Shown: in pieces, positions 1 to 9,833 of the stretch
How the letters are laid out: every line of letters begins with the position of its first letter
Position numbering within the stretch: position 1 is the stretch's first letter
Assembly (NCBI GenBank): GCA_010909165.1
Contig: MU008160.1
Coordinates: forward strand, 2,108,001 to 2,172,000
Length of the DNA stretch: 64,000 bases
Direction: 5' to 3'
Source of the DNA: Anthoceros angustus
Taxonomy: Eukaryota; Plantae; Anthocerotophyta
Notes under the pieces: generated by a model
Seen by the model: only the letters and a program-made list of their open reading frames with translations
Told to the model about the DNA's origin: nothing
Database searches by the model: none
Position numbers and translations under genes: made by a program

Positions 1-2105
1 GAACAAGCCGATTTGTCGTGAAGGATTGCCGTGGGTACTACTGCTGCAAGAGTTTGATTATGACGTAGAAACTAGGTTGTGGAAGCAAGATCGAATGTCG
101 ATTTCATTTCTCGCCGAAACCGGAGAGCGACTTGAAGCCAGATGACCGATTTCGACGAGGAGTTGGTTGCCACGGCCTGGGTCGAAGGGGGAGGACGTGA
201 GCATGTTGTGGACGGCCTAAGGATTGATCAGCAAGCCTTGCTGCCAGCAGAGAGGTCAAATGAGCAAGAAGGGAGCGCAGTGTGAAAGGCCGCAGCAGAC
301 AACTGGAACCGAGAGGATAAAAGGGCGCCAGTATGGGCGCGAGGAGGAGGCTGGAATGCTCCTCAAGGGTGAGCAGTCAGGAGGCTGCAAGTGGAGGCCA
401 GCCGTTGGCAAAAGAAAGAAGCGAAACGGATATGGGAGCGCCGCCAAGCAAAAGAAAAGGCGCCCACTTGGCGAGGTCGGCCATGCCATGGGGCCGCGAG
501 GAGGAGAAGGCCCTAGGGAGGTAGGTGCGCCAGAGGGCGAGGAAGGAGATGCATCCCATGAGAAGCTTGAGCAAAAAGGAGAAGAAAATGGCGATTCATG
601 GGAAATCACTCATGAGGTGGCCATGGTGCAAACAGCGAGGAGGTCGCCATGGGAGCACGAGCTGGACCTGGACACGAGGCTAGACCAGCAGGAATGGAAG
701 AACCGAACGTTGTTGGAGGAGGAGCATGCAAACGCCGCAGCTCAAAACTGCGATGGACAAAGCGGGAGAAACTGGATTTGTGGATGGAACAACGCCGTCC
801 GGGGCTGCGGCGAGGGCAGGAGGCGACGTGGTATGCGTGGAAGGAGGAGATTGAACGTGAGGGGCGTTCATGCCCAAGATCTGAAATGGTGAGGTACAAA
901 TTTTCTAGAGCATGGAATCATGCCCGATGGTTTGTCTAGGGAGGGCGAGCTGTTTTCTCCACAAGACAGCCCCTTATTGCCTACGGATGGGGTCTTGTAA
1001 GCTTGGTCCGAGAAGATTCGATGTCCGGAAATTAGAGAAGCTGCTTTGGTCACGTTTTACATGCGTAAGAGGCTGGTGGTCATTATTCGACGCAAATCAC
1101 GTGAAGAAGGTCTTGGATGCAGCTCGTGGGCTACAATGCGAGGGATGTGGGAATTTATTAGGAGGTGTGATGCGTGTCGAGGGTTGGAAGGCCCACTTTG
1201 TCAACACAAAGGGCCTCTCACCTACATACTACCTTTGGCACCATTTGAGAAGTGGGTATAGATTTTGTAGGTCCAATCAAGCCACCCACACAATGGACAA
1301 GGAAGCAATATATCTTGGTGGCTACGGACTATTGTACAAAGATGGTGGAGGTCAAGCAACAAGAAAGGACGACGACCGCAGAGAAGTTTCTCTTTGAGAA
1401 CATTATAACGAGGTATGGATGTCCTTTGGAGTTGGTCAGTGATAGGGGAACTCATTTCCTCAACTCGGTGATCGAGACTCTCACCACCTACTTCAACATT
1501 CGGCATCGAAAGACAACTCCTTACAATCCCAAAGCGAATGGTTTGACGGAGAAAACGAATGGGCTGTTGTGTACAATCTTGACCAAGGTAACTGTGACTC
1601 ACATGTATGATTGGGACACTAAGCTACATTCAGTGCTATGGGCTTACAGGACAGCAGAGAAGGTGACAACCAAGAAGACCCCTTATTATTTAACATATGG
1701 CATGTCTCCTGATGCGAGAATTTGAAGTACCTACCTATAGAATCATGGAGGATGAGCGATGATCAGAAGATAGCCGTAGCTAGACTAGAGTCTTCATAGA
1801 GCATGAGGAACGAGGGAAGATGCTTTAGAAGAAACTCAACTGTGGAGCTTAGAAAGGATAGGCATGATGGGAAGTTGAGGAAGCAAGAAGCTATCATGGC
1901 CGGGATTTGGTTCTTCTATATGATAGCTATATGGACTTCCTGGAAGCTTAGATTGAGATGGATGGGACCTTATGAGGTGGTGGCAGTATGAGAATGGATC
2001 CGCAACCACGCAGCCGGATGGGGATTTGCGCCAACTAGAGTGAATGGGTGGAAGGTTAAGAAGTACCTTCACCCGAGTATTCGCTGTTTGCGAGGACGCA
2101 AACAG
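1..2105 (+). mobile_element. Ty3/gypsy (non-chromovirus-like) pol 3' end, family A: RNase H C-terminus, linker, integrase with GPY/F region; frameshifted
   Basis: 1-80 reads across indels as KPDLSxRIAxWVLLLQEFDYDVETR (RNase H end). The integrase core is at 1252-1725. KLRLRWMGPYEVVAV is at ~1945-1990 and VNGWKVKKY at ~2040-2066. Confidence 0.9.
1252..1725 (+). CDS. Retrotransposon integrase catalytic core (rve, DDE)
   Basis: GIDFVGP...ILVATDYCTK...IITRYGCPLELVSDRGTHF...HRKTTPYNPKANGLTEKTN...LWAYRT. Confidence 0.93.
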   Translation: MGIDFVGPIKPPTQWTRKQYILVATDYCTKMVEVKQQERTTTAEKFLFENIITRYGCPLELVSDRGTHFLNSVIETLTTYFNIRHRKTTPYNPKANGLTEKTNGLLCTILTKVTVTHMYDWDTKLHSVLWAYRTAEKVTTKKTPYYLTYGMSPDARI

Positions 2106-2106
2106 T

Positions 2107-2119
2107 GAGGAGGGGAGTA
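2107..2119 (+). promoter_or_regulatory. Polypurine tract of family A element
   Basis: GAGGAGGGGAGTA lies directly after integrase and directly before the TGTGG LTR start at 2120. Confidence 0.85.
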
Positions 2120-2319
2120 TGTGGAACGCAAAAGTTTGGGCAACAAGCTTAAATGAGTTTGCTTTGAACAGCCCACACTCTTTGCTAGAAATGGTTTGGT
2201 GAAGACATGCAAGGAAATTTTTGCCCTTTTTTGAGCGGAGTTGTAGGACCATGCCTGGGAAGGCAGAGGATATGCAGGAAAAGAAACGGGTCAAAACGAC
2301 CTCCGGTGAGGAGAAAAGG

Positions 2320-2562
2320 TAACCTACATGAGTGGTAGGAGGTGTCCTACCACCGTAGGAGAAACTCCTACCATGGTAGACGAGGGTAGGAGAGATCCTA
2401 CCACCGAGGAGGATGACCGCTAGTGTTTTGATCACCTACCAGGAATAGCTCCTACCATGGTAGGAGAGGGTAGGAAGGTATCCCACCAGAGAAACTCCTA
2501 CCGTGGTAGGAGAAAGGGAAAACGCCTACCATGGTAGGAGGATGTCCTACCACGTAGGAGAT
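2320..2562. repeat. Array of ~8-9 dyads CCTACC-N2-GGTAGG at the 5' end of LTR-A
   Basis: Examples: cctaccatggtagg at 2451-2464 and 2525-2538, cctaccgtggtagg at 2497-2510. Further clusters at ~4380-4530, 5785-5862 and 6855-6930, and in other copies (19200-19450, 27240-27320, 28585-28655, 30530-30765, 32275-32350). Confidence 0.9.
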
Positions 2563-2825
2563 AGGTTTCTAAGGAAAGTAGCTTATGTTTTAGGCAGGAT
2601 AGGCTTGCTATATATAGAGTCTTTTAGTGGACTAGATAAATAGGCCAAAATAGGTAATTAAGAAATTAGAGGCTAATTTTCAGAATTAGAAATTAGAAAA
2701 TAGGGAAATTGGTATTTTAGTATAAGGAAATTAGGAAACTAACATCAATGGTGGGGAAAGGGCCACGTGGCACACATCCAAGGGCAGGATAGAATGGTAG
2801 TTACTTTTCTAACCCTTGGGTGACT

Positions 2826-2832
2826 TATAAAA
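2826..2832 (+). promoter_or_regulatory. Putative TATA box for the LTR-internal ORF1 transcript
   Basis: TATAAAA follows an AT-rich stretch and a CCACGTGG G-box-like motif (2763-2770). Conserved at 19711 and in the inverted copy (~30266-30272). Confidence 0.45.
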
Positions 2833-3383
2833 GTGCAGTGCCCGCAGGAGGCCACAACTCGAAACTTGAGGAGACTACCACCAGAAGGCGCCGCCACACC
2901 TCAAGCTGCCCAAGGCCCCCATACAGCAACGCGCCGCACACGCGAGGAGGAGAAGGAGGCGCAAGCTCAAGAAGGAGGCGAAATCCACCAGCGCCCAAGA
3001 GAGGAAGAAGGAGGAAAAGAGGAAGAAGAGAAGGGAGAAGAAGGTTGGGGCGAACCCAACACTTGCCAAGCTCGTGAGGGTGCCTAGGAGGGTGGAGCGT
3101 GGCAAGATTGCTAGGAAACCGTGAAGGGCTCCTAAATTGATGTGTGGTGTAAGAGTCCGTGGGGAATTTTGTTGAGCTTTCTGCAGGAGAAATCGGGTTT
3201 TGAGACGCCAAGGTGTAAGGCTGAGGAAGGAGAGCAAGGGCAAGGACCTTTGAGCTGTGAGCAAGAGCAAATCACGAGGAGGAGGAGAAACGCTTTGCAA
3301 GGATAAGAAGTCGGTGAGCCGCAGGAATTGCAGGAGAGGCATCACTTTTCTTCAATTTCGTGCAAGTACTAACCAAGGAGGCC

Positions 3384-4638
3384 ATGACCAAGCCTACCAT
3401 GACCAAGGGCAAGGAGGTAGTAGCTAAGGAAGGAGCCCACCAAGGAGGTGGCGCAGGAGCTGCAAGAGGTCTAAGGTGAGGATCGACTGAGGGTGGAAAT
3501 TTGACATGCCCTTACGCTATGCAGCCAGCTATCCTCTAGAGACCTTTCGACTTTCGACCTTGGGCAGCAGAGGAGAATATTCAGAGTGGGTGTATGGGCG
3601 ACATTGGTCTTACACCAACCTTGAATTGATAGAAGAGTGTTTTGCTAATTTGCAGCAGACGGAAGAGGAATTGGCCGCCTTACCGGATAGAAACGACGGA
3701 CGGATCCACGGTGTTGGATATGAGGAGCATACGCTGTATATGGCAGCGGATAGCGAGGATAGCGGAATCACGTTGATGGAAGGAACGAGGAGGCAAGCGT
3801 GCATCAACGGCGGATCTTCCCAAGGGAGCCCTTACACTTATGCAAGGGGCATGAAGGCTAAGTCCAAGAATGGTTGGCGACGGACCAAATCTTGGAGCCC
3901 AAGTGGAGATTGTTCACAAGAATTGTTTTGGGCTTGGTGAGCAATCCAAGGGTGTCATATTTCAGCACTACCTTCCTCCATTTTCTATGGAAGATCACTC
4001 AAGGAGCGAAGCCGGATTGGGGCTCATCATGTATGAAGCATACACCTACCACCGGAAAAGTTTGAAACCCAACGCTTGGATGAAGACCCAAGGCCATGCT
4101 ATCTTAGCACTTATCTAGTGCATTTGTGGGAAGTAGAGGGCTACTCACAAGTAAGGAGTTGGATGATTCCAAGCATCCCTTTAACATTGTGTACTTACAT
4201 GTGAGAGGGACAAGGAGTGCTTGGTGCTTTGCCTAAAGGAGGTGCCGGAAGACCACCGACATTATTGCCGGAAGGAATCCTCCAAAGATAGGCCGAGGAT
4301 GTGCAGGAGGACTTGCAAGGAGAAGTTGTAGGGGATTTGAAGTTTGGACCGAAGATGCGGAGATGGAAGGTAGGATAGATCCTACCATGGCAGAATCCCG
4401 CGAGGGTGGGAGGTGTTCCCATTGGTTTGGGACCCCTTCGTCCTCTCATGACAAGGCCTACAAGTGGGGAATTAGTCCTACCACGGTAGGAAGTAGTCCT
4501 ACTGGAGCACCTCCTACCACGGTAGGAGGGAAAGGAAGTCACGGTTTGGAAGCTCCCAAGGGAGATAAGAAGGCAACCGCCCCTGCTAGGTGGGCGAGCG
4601 GATGGAGTCACGGTGGGAGGAGTTGCCCCACCAAGTGA
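3384..4638 (+). CDS. LTR-A ORF1, accessory protein inside the LTR (frameshifted); weak resemblance to plant retrotransposon accessory 'putative plant transposon protein' domains
   Basis: Joined frames give WVYGRHWSYTNLELIEECFANL...ILEPKWRLFTRIVLGLVSNPRVSYFSTTFLHFLWKITQGAKPDWG.IMYEAY...HLWEVEG. Present in all three A copies, with a diverged homolog at ~50400-51200 (-). Boundaries are approximate. Confidence 0.6.
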
Positions 4639-4681
4639 TGAGCGGGAGCTCATCATAGGGAAGCAAGGGATGTAAGATCCC

Positions 4682-7184
4682 ATGAGCAAGGCAAAGGCCT
4701 TGAGTCTCCGGAGGTAAGAAAGGAGACTTAGACATGTTGGAGGAGATGCTGCATAGGGGAGATGTTCAAGGTAGATGTAGGAGCCGCCAAGAGGAGAGTT
4801 GAATTCTTGAAGACGGAGGAGAAGACAAGGACCTACCAAGCAAGGGAAATTGTAGGCGAGCGGAAACCCAGAGGAGGATGTTATGAGGATGGAAGCTCAA
4901 GTGGAGCACTTGGAAAAGAGTCTTGAAACAAGGCTACAGGAGGCAAACAATCATATTCGGAGAACAAGGCTCTTACCAAGCAATTGGCAGCTCGAGAGGA
5001 GAAGGTGGAGCAACTTGCTCACATGGCATACATGGAAAAGAAGGCGAAGACAAGCAAGTGCTAATGGAGGAAAGGTCAAGACGAGAGCAATCAAAAATGA
5101 GGACAAGACAAAGGCAAGTAGGCGCACATGAGCGGTCATAGCCACACAGCCGTGAAGATTAGTGACATGGAAAAGGAGCTGGGAGAAACCACGGAGGCTG
5201 GAATTGAAGGAAGAAGAGCTGGAAGAACGGACACATTTTGTCCAAAGATTGGAAATGGAACGAGAGAGAGTGCACAACTCCCTAGGAGGATAGGGGAGTT
5301 GGAGGAAGAAATGGCAAAGGAGAAAGGCCATGAGGCGGTGCAAAGATATGTTGGCGGTGAGGGAGCGTAGATTTCGGGCCGATTATGCCCTAAGAGATTG
5401 ATCCGCCAACCGTAATGAGAGGACGGAGAATGTGGCTCCATGTCAAGACCGGTGAGCTGGCCTTGGAGCGAGATGCTTACAAAAGCAAGTGTGAGCATGG
5501 AGTATGGCTTGAGGATTACGAAGAATTGGAGATGGCACAACAACGATTTGCCCATCTTCACAACAAGGTGCTCAAGGCCACTAACGAGTTGTTGCGACTT
5601 GCGAGAGGAGGATGTTGGGACCTCATGACGATGATAGGGAGGCCCTCATGCAAGTCCAACCGAAGCCTTAGACTTGGAGAGTGTCCCAAGCAACAGGGTG
5701 GAGAAACTGCACTGTGAGAAGCAAAGCGGGAAGCCGCAGTGGAGAGAATCACCCTGTGAAGGGGTAAGGAAGAAGAAACCTAGGAACTCCTACTGGTAGG
5801 AGGAGTTCCTACTGGTAGGAGGGACTCCTACCGTGGTAGGAGAAGGTCCTACCATGGTAGGAGGGCCGGAAGAAGCAGGATTCAAAGGTCGCTAGCATGG
5901 ATTTGACGGCAAGGGAGGCGAGTACCTTGGCCCTTGCAGAAAGAAGGAAGAGGGGTTGATCTTGCAGAATGGAGCAAGAATCACAAGGAGAAGACCAACC
6001 TCCCAACATGGGTGCAGGGAGTAAAGGAGCTCACTTGCTCCACAAGTGAGAGGAAGAGGAGAAGTCGAGGATGAGCCAAGGCTAAGACAAGCAAGTGCTG
6101 CTAATGGAGGAAAGGTCAAGACGAGAGCAATCTCGCAAAGAAATGAGGACAAGACAAAGGCAAGTAGGCGCACATGAGCGGTCATAGCCACAGTGTGAAG
6201 ATTAGTGACATGGAAAAGGAGCTGGGAGAAATACGAGGTCGGAATTGAAGGAAGAAGAGCTGGAAGAACGGACACATTTTGTCCAAAGATTGGAAATGGA
6301 ACGAGAAGTCCAAAGAACGGAGAGTGCACAACTCCCTAGGAGGATAGGGGAGTTGGAGGAAGAAATGGCAAAGGAGAAAGGCCGTCATGAGGCGGTGCAA
6401 AGATATGTTGGCGGTGAGGGAGCGTAGATTTCTGATTATGCCCTACAAGAGAGATTGATCCGCCAACCGCAGTAATGAGAGGACGGAGAATGTGGCTCTC
6501 CATGTCAAGACCGTGAGCTGGCCTTGAGCGAGATGCTTACAAAAGCAAGTGTGAGCATGGAGTATGGCTTGAGGATTACGAAGAATTGGAGATGGCACAA
6601 CAACGATTTGCAGCCCATCTTCACAACAAGGTGCTCAAGGCCACTAACGAGTTGTTGCGACTTGCCGAGAGGAGGATGTTGGGACCTCATGACGATGATA
6701 GGGAGGCCCTCATGCAAGTCCAACCGAAGCCTTAGACTTGGAGAGTGTCCCAAGCAACAGGGTGGAGAAACTGCACTGTGGAGAAGCGAGAAAGGGGAAG
6801 CGCAGTGGAGAGAATCACCCTGTGAAGGGGTAAGGAAGAAGAAACGACTGTAGGAACTCCTACTGGTAGGAGGAGTTCCTACCGTAGGAGGGACTCCTAC
6901 CGTAGGAGAAGGTCCTACCATGGTAGGAGGGAAGAAGCAGGATTCAAAGGCCGCTAGCATGGATTTGACGGCAAGGGAGGCGAGTACCTTGGCCCTTGCA
7001 GAAAGAAGGAAGAGGGGTTGATCTTGTGAATGGAGCAAGAATCACAAGGAGAAGACCAACCTCCCAACATGGGTGCAGGAGAAGGAGCTCACTTGCTCCA
7101 CAAGTGAGAGGAAGAGGAGAAGTCGAGGATGAGCCAAGGCTAAGAGAGCCCGGCTATTTTATTGGAGGAAGGAACTCAAGATAG
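4682..7184 (+). CDS. LTR-A ORF2, E/K/R-rich coiled-coil accessory protein inside the LTR (frameshifted, partly duplicated)
   Basis: MRMEAQVEHLEKSLETRLQEANN..., ELALERDAYKSKCEHGVWLEDYEELEMAQQRFAHLHNKVLKATNELLRL...LGPHDDDRE. Homologous to the cleaner ORFs at 8766-9833 and 59285-59971. Boundaries are approximate. Confidence 0.65.
5048..7145 (+). repeat. Direct tandem duplication (~1.04 kb x2) inside LTR-A copy 1
   Basis: 6085-7145 repeats 5048-6085, with an AAGA microhomology at the junction. Absent from the other two A copies. Confidence 0.85.
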
Positions 7185-7489
7185 GCATCAAGATAAGGAA
7201 GGGATTCATAAGAAGTCCTTAAATTAGCTTGAAGACATGGGGCAAGATGCCACTTGGGAAGACTTTTCTTTAGAGGAGGATGCATTAATGCTTGTCACCC
7301 AAAGAGAGTGTGTTGACTAGCTAGATAGGAATGTTGACAGTGAGCCATTAAGGCTCACATAGGTGAATTTTGCTAGAATAGAATTTTACCCAAGATGCTT
7401 GGATGTCGAACTTAAAGTCGACAATAGGATACACTAAAATAAGGAGTAAGGCTGGGGAGGCTGTGGGAGGTCAGATGTGAGGACCTCCC

Positions 7490-7496
7490 TATAAAA
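7490..7496 (+). promoter_or_regulatory. Putative main LTR TATA box (U3/R region)
   Basis: CCTCCC-TATAAAA-GGAGGG lies ~870 bp before the LTR end. Conserved in position in A' (~10856), A copy 2 (~32907), A copy 3 (~26701, inverted) and A'' (~60588). Confidence 0.6.
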
Positions 7497-8362
7497 GGAG
7501 GGAGCTTGTGAAGTAAAATTATCGTGTCTTGCGCCCCATCCTCCCGAGTCCTTCACTTTGTGTGAATTTCGTGGCCGCAAGCCAACGCAGTTGTCCGTAG
7601 AGAGGAGAACGCGCGTCGGAGTGCCGGGTGGAGGGCTTGTCTTGCGCTAGCGCCTCCCTTGTGAATGGTCAGGTGAATTGTTTTGCTTTGAGTGTGTGGC
7701 GATGCTCAAGGAACTCTCGGCTTGAGGGTAGACTGCAGGAAAGACTCGGAGGTTCTCCGTCTGCAAACCACATAGCAACCGCCCAAGGAAGAACTCAATT
7801 TCCTGACGACCCTGTGCGCCAGCCGTAAGGGCGAGTTGGAATTAATGAGCCAAGAATTGGTGTTAGAGTAGGAGATTGTGGAGGAAGGAAGGGTAGATGA
7901 GTAGAGAAGAAGAGGGCGTTGTTGATTGAGAGAGTTGTGAGGAGGATTAGAGTGTAGGAAAACTAAGGCCATGTGCAGAGCCTAAGGGACGAATCCCAAC
8001 TGCAAGTAAGAGGGCGCCCTGTGTGGAGAAGAGTGTCTTAGGAGTAGGGACGGTTGCGGTGTGGGTCAGTCCCCTGGCGCCCGTGATAGACACCTTGTCA
8101 TAAGACGAACCGCAATTGTGTGGTGTCGCAGGTTGAGGTTTGGTGAGTTTACGGCAAAGACGGGCGCGAGTCAGTGAGAGGGAGCGTGAGAGGGCGCCTT
8201 GCTTGTTTAGAAGGCTGAGGTAGTGTAGTGCAGTAGTGACGGATTTCAAGATTCGACTGCTTCCCAAGTCTCATGGGACGAAACCCAACGTACGAAACGA
8301 CAGTGGGATAAGTGTGGCCGCTAGAGGGTGCATCTCGGGAGCCCCGGGATCTGCCTCCCACA

Positions 8363-8871
8363 AAGGCTCTGGGATAGCCTATGGCAAAACGTCCTACTTT
8401 CTCCCGTTGTAAATGACTGAGCCAAACCTTTAAACTACGCAAGTCCACAGGTTTCTCTTGCTTCTTGTAAGATAGAAATCCTTCCCTGGGCCAATGATCA
8501 AAAACCTGATGCATGAAGAGATGGTGTTCTAGCTTGCGAAATGCCCCTTCACAGTAGCTGGCCCATACAAAAGTCTGCCAATTCATCCCTCTGCCTGCAA
8601 GCTCAAAAAGATCCTGGTGGTCATATGGAAAGCTTTCGATGTTGCAAGTCTCATGATGAGATTCCACATATAGCAAAAAGGTTTGCAGTTCCAGGAATGT
8701 CTCAGGACATTTGGGCTTCATAGGCTGATACTTTCGAACCAAATAAGTTTGCCATTTATCCTCCCATGGCCGCTCAGGAAATTGCGGCGAAAAAGGCCCG
8801 GGAAATGGAGGAGAGGCAAGTAGGGACCAAATGGCAACTGGAAGCCATGGAGTCCGATGAGAAAGCGGCAA
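8363..8871 (-). CDS. Unknown ORF divergent from LTR-A' ORF2, truncated by the LTR-A insertion
   Basis: Globular-looking W/F/Y-rich sequence (PWEDKWQTYLVRKY...NWQTFVWASYCEGAF...). No family recognised. Confidence 0.4.
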
Positions 8872-9833
8872 CGTTGGAGAAGGTTGTAGAGAAACTCCAA
8901 CATGACATTATGTATCACAAGCGGACAGAGAAGGCCCTGGAGGGGAAGCTGTCCCAATTAAAAGAGAGAGCCATCCGAGCCACCGGTCAACGAGACACAT
9001 GGAGGCAGAAGACGGAGGATCAATTTGTCCAGCTAGAGCAGGAGGGACAGGTCAAATCTAAAGCTCTAGGAAGGGAGAAACGAGCAGCCCAACAGGTGGA
9101 AGCACAGGAGCAAGTGTTGGCTGCCCAAGCCATCAAAATCCGGGATGTGGAAGAAGAGCTGCGGAAAACCCGGTTGAGCTTGGAAGTAAGGAGCATAGAA
9201 TTAATCAGACAAGATCTCCAAGTGCAAGGGCTGGAGCATGAGAAGGAGGCTTGGCAAGAGGAGAGGGAGAGACTTGCCAAGCAAATGGCTGACCTAGAGC
9301 AAAGAAGAGTCCAGGACGAGGAGCGCCACTAGAAGGTGGTGCATAGGATGCTGGTAGTTAGGAAGAGACGATTTTGCGCGGACTATGCCCTTCAATCGAA
9401 ACTAACCAGCCAGCTCAAGAAAGCCAAGGAGGAGAATGTCGCCCATCATGTGAGGGTAGGAGAATTGACGATGGCAAGGGACACCTACAAGGGTAGGTGT
9501 GAAGATGGAGAATGGCCTGCAGATCTCGATGACCTCAAGATGCAATATCAAAGCTTAGGAGCCCATCTTCACAATCGAGTGCTGAAGGCCAACAATGAGG
9601 TGTTGCGCCTTGTGAAGAGGAGGACTTTGGGTCCTCATGATGACGACCGGGGGGCCCTCCTACAAGTAAGACCGGGGGCCTTAGACTTTGATGATGCTAC
9701 AAGTGACATGGACTCTGAAGAGTCAGGAGGGGCGGCGGAAGGAGAAGAAACCGCGGCGCCAAAGGAAGGAGATGGCGCAGGAAGCAAGGTAGGAGATCAA
9801 CCTACGCTTGTAGGGCTCAACCTACCGTGGTAG
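8766..9833 (+). CDS. LTR-A' ORF2 coiled-coil protein (one stop at 9330-9332)
   Basis: ORFs 8766-9332 and 9336-9833 are in the same frame. A heptad-rich N-part is followed by RDTYKGRCEDGEWPADLDDLKMQYQSLGAHLHNRVLKANNEVLRL.KRRTLGPHDDDR. Confidence 0.75.

Larger units (their letters stand above)
2120..8362 (+). mobile_element. 3' LTR of family A (copy 1); ~5.1 kb plus a ~1.05 kb internal tandem duplication
   Basis: Starts TGTGGAACGC after the PPT and ends ...CCCACA. The same termini recur with different flanks at 19002/33735 and, inverted, at 30950/25872. Confidence 0.85.

Noticed and set aside
2320-2562. CRISPR-like array of palindromic repeats
   Set aside because: Repeats are only 14 bp with short irregular spacers, lie inside a eukaryotic LTR, and no cas genes are present.
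8300-8330. TGGCCGCTAGAGGG as a primer binding site
   Set aside because: Homology among copies continues ~40 bp further to CCACA, so this motif is inside the LTR.
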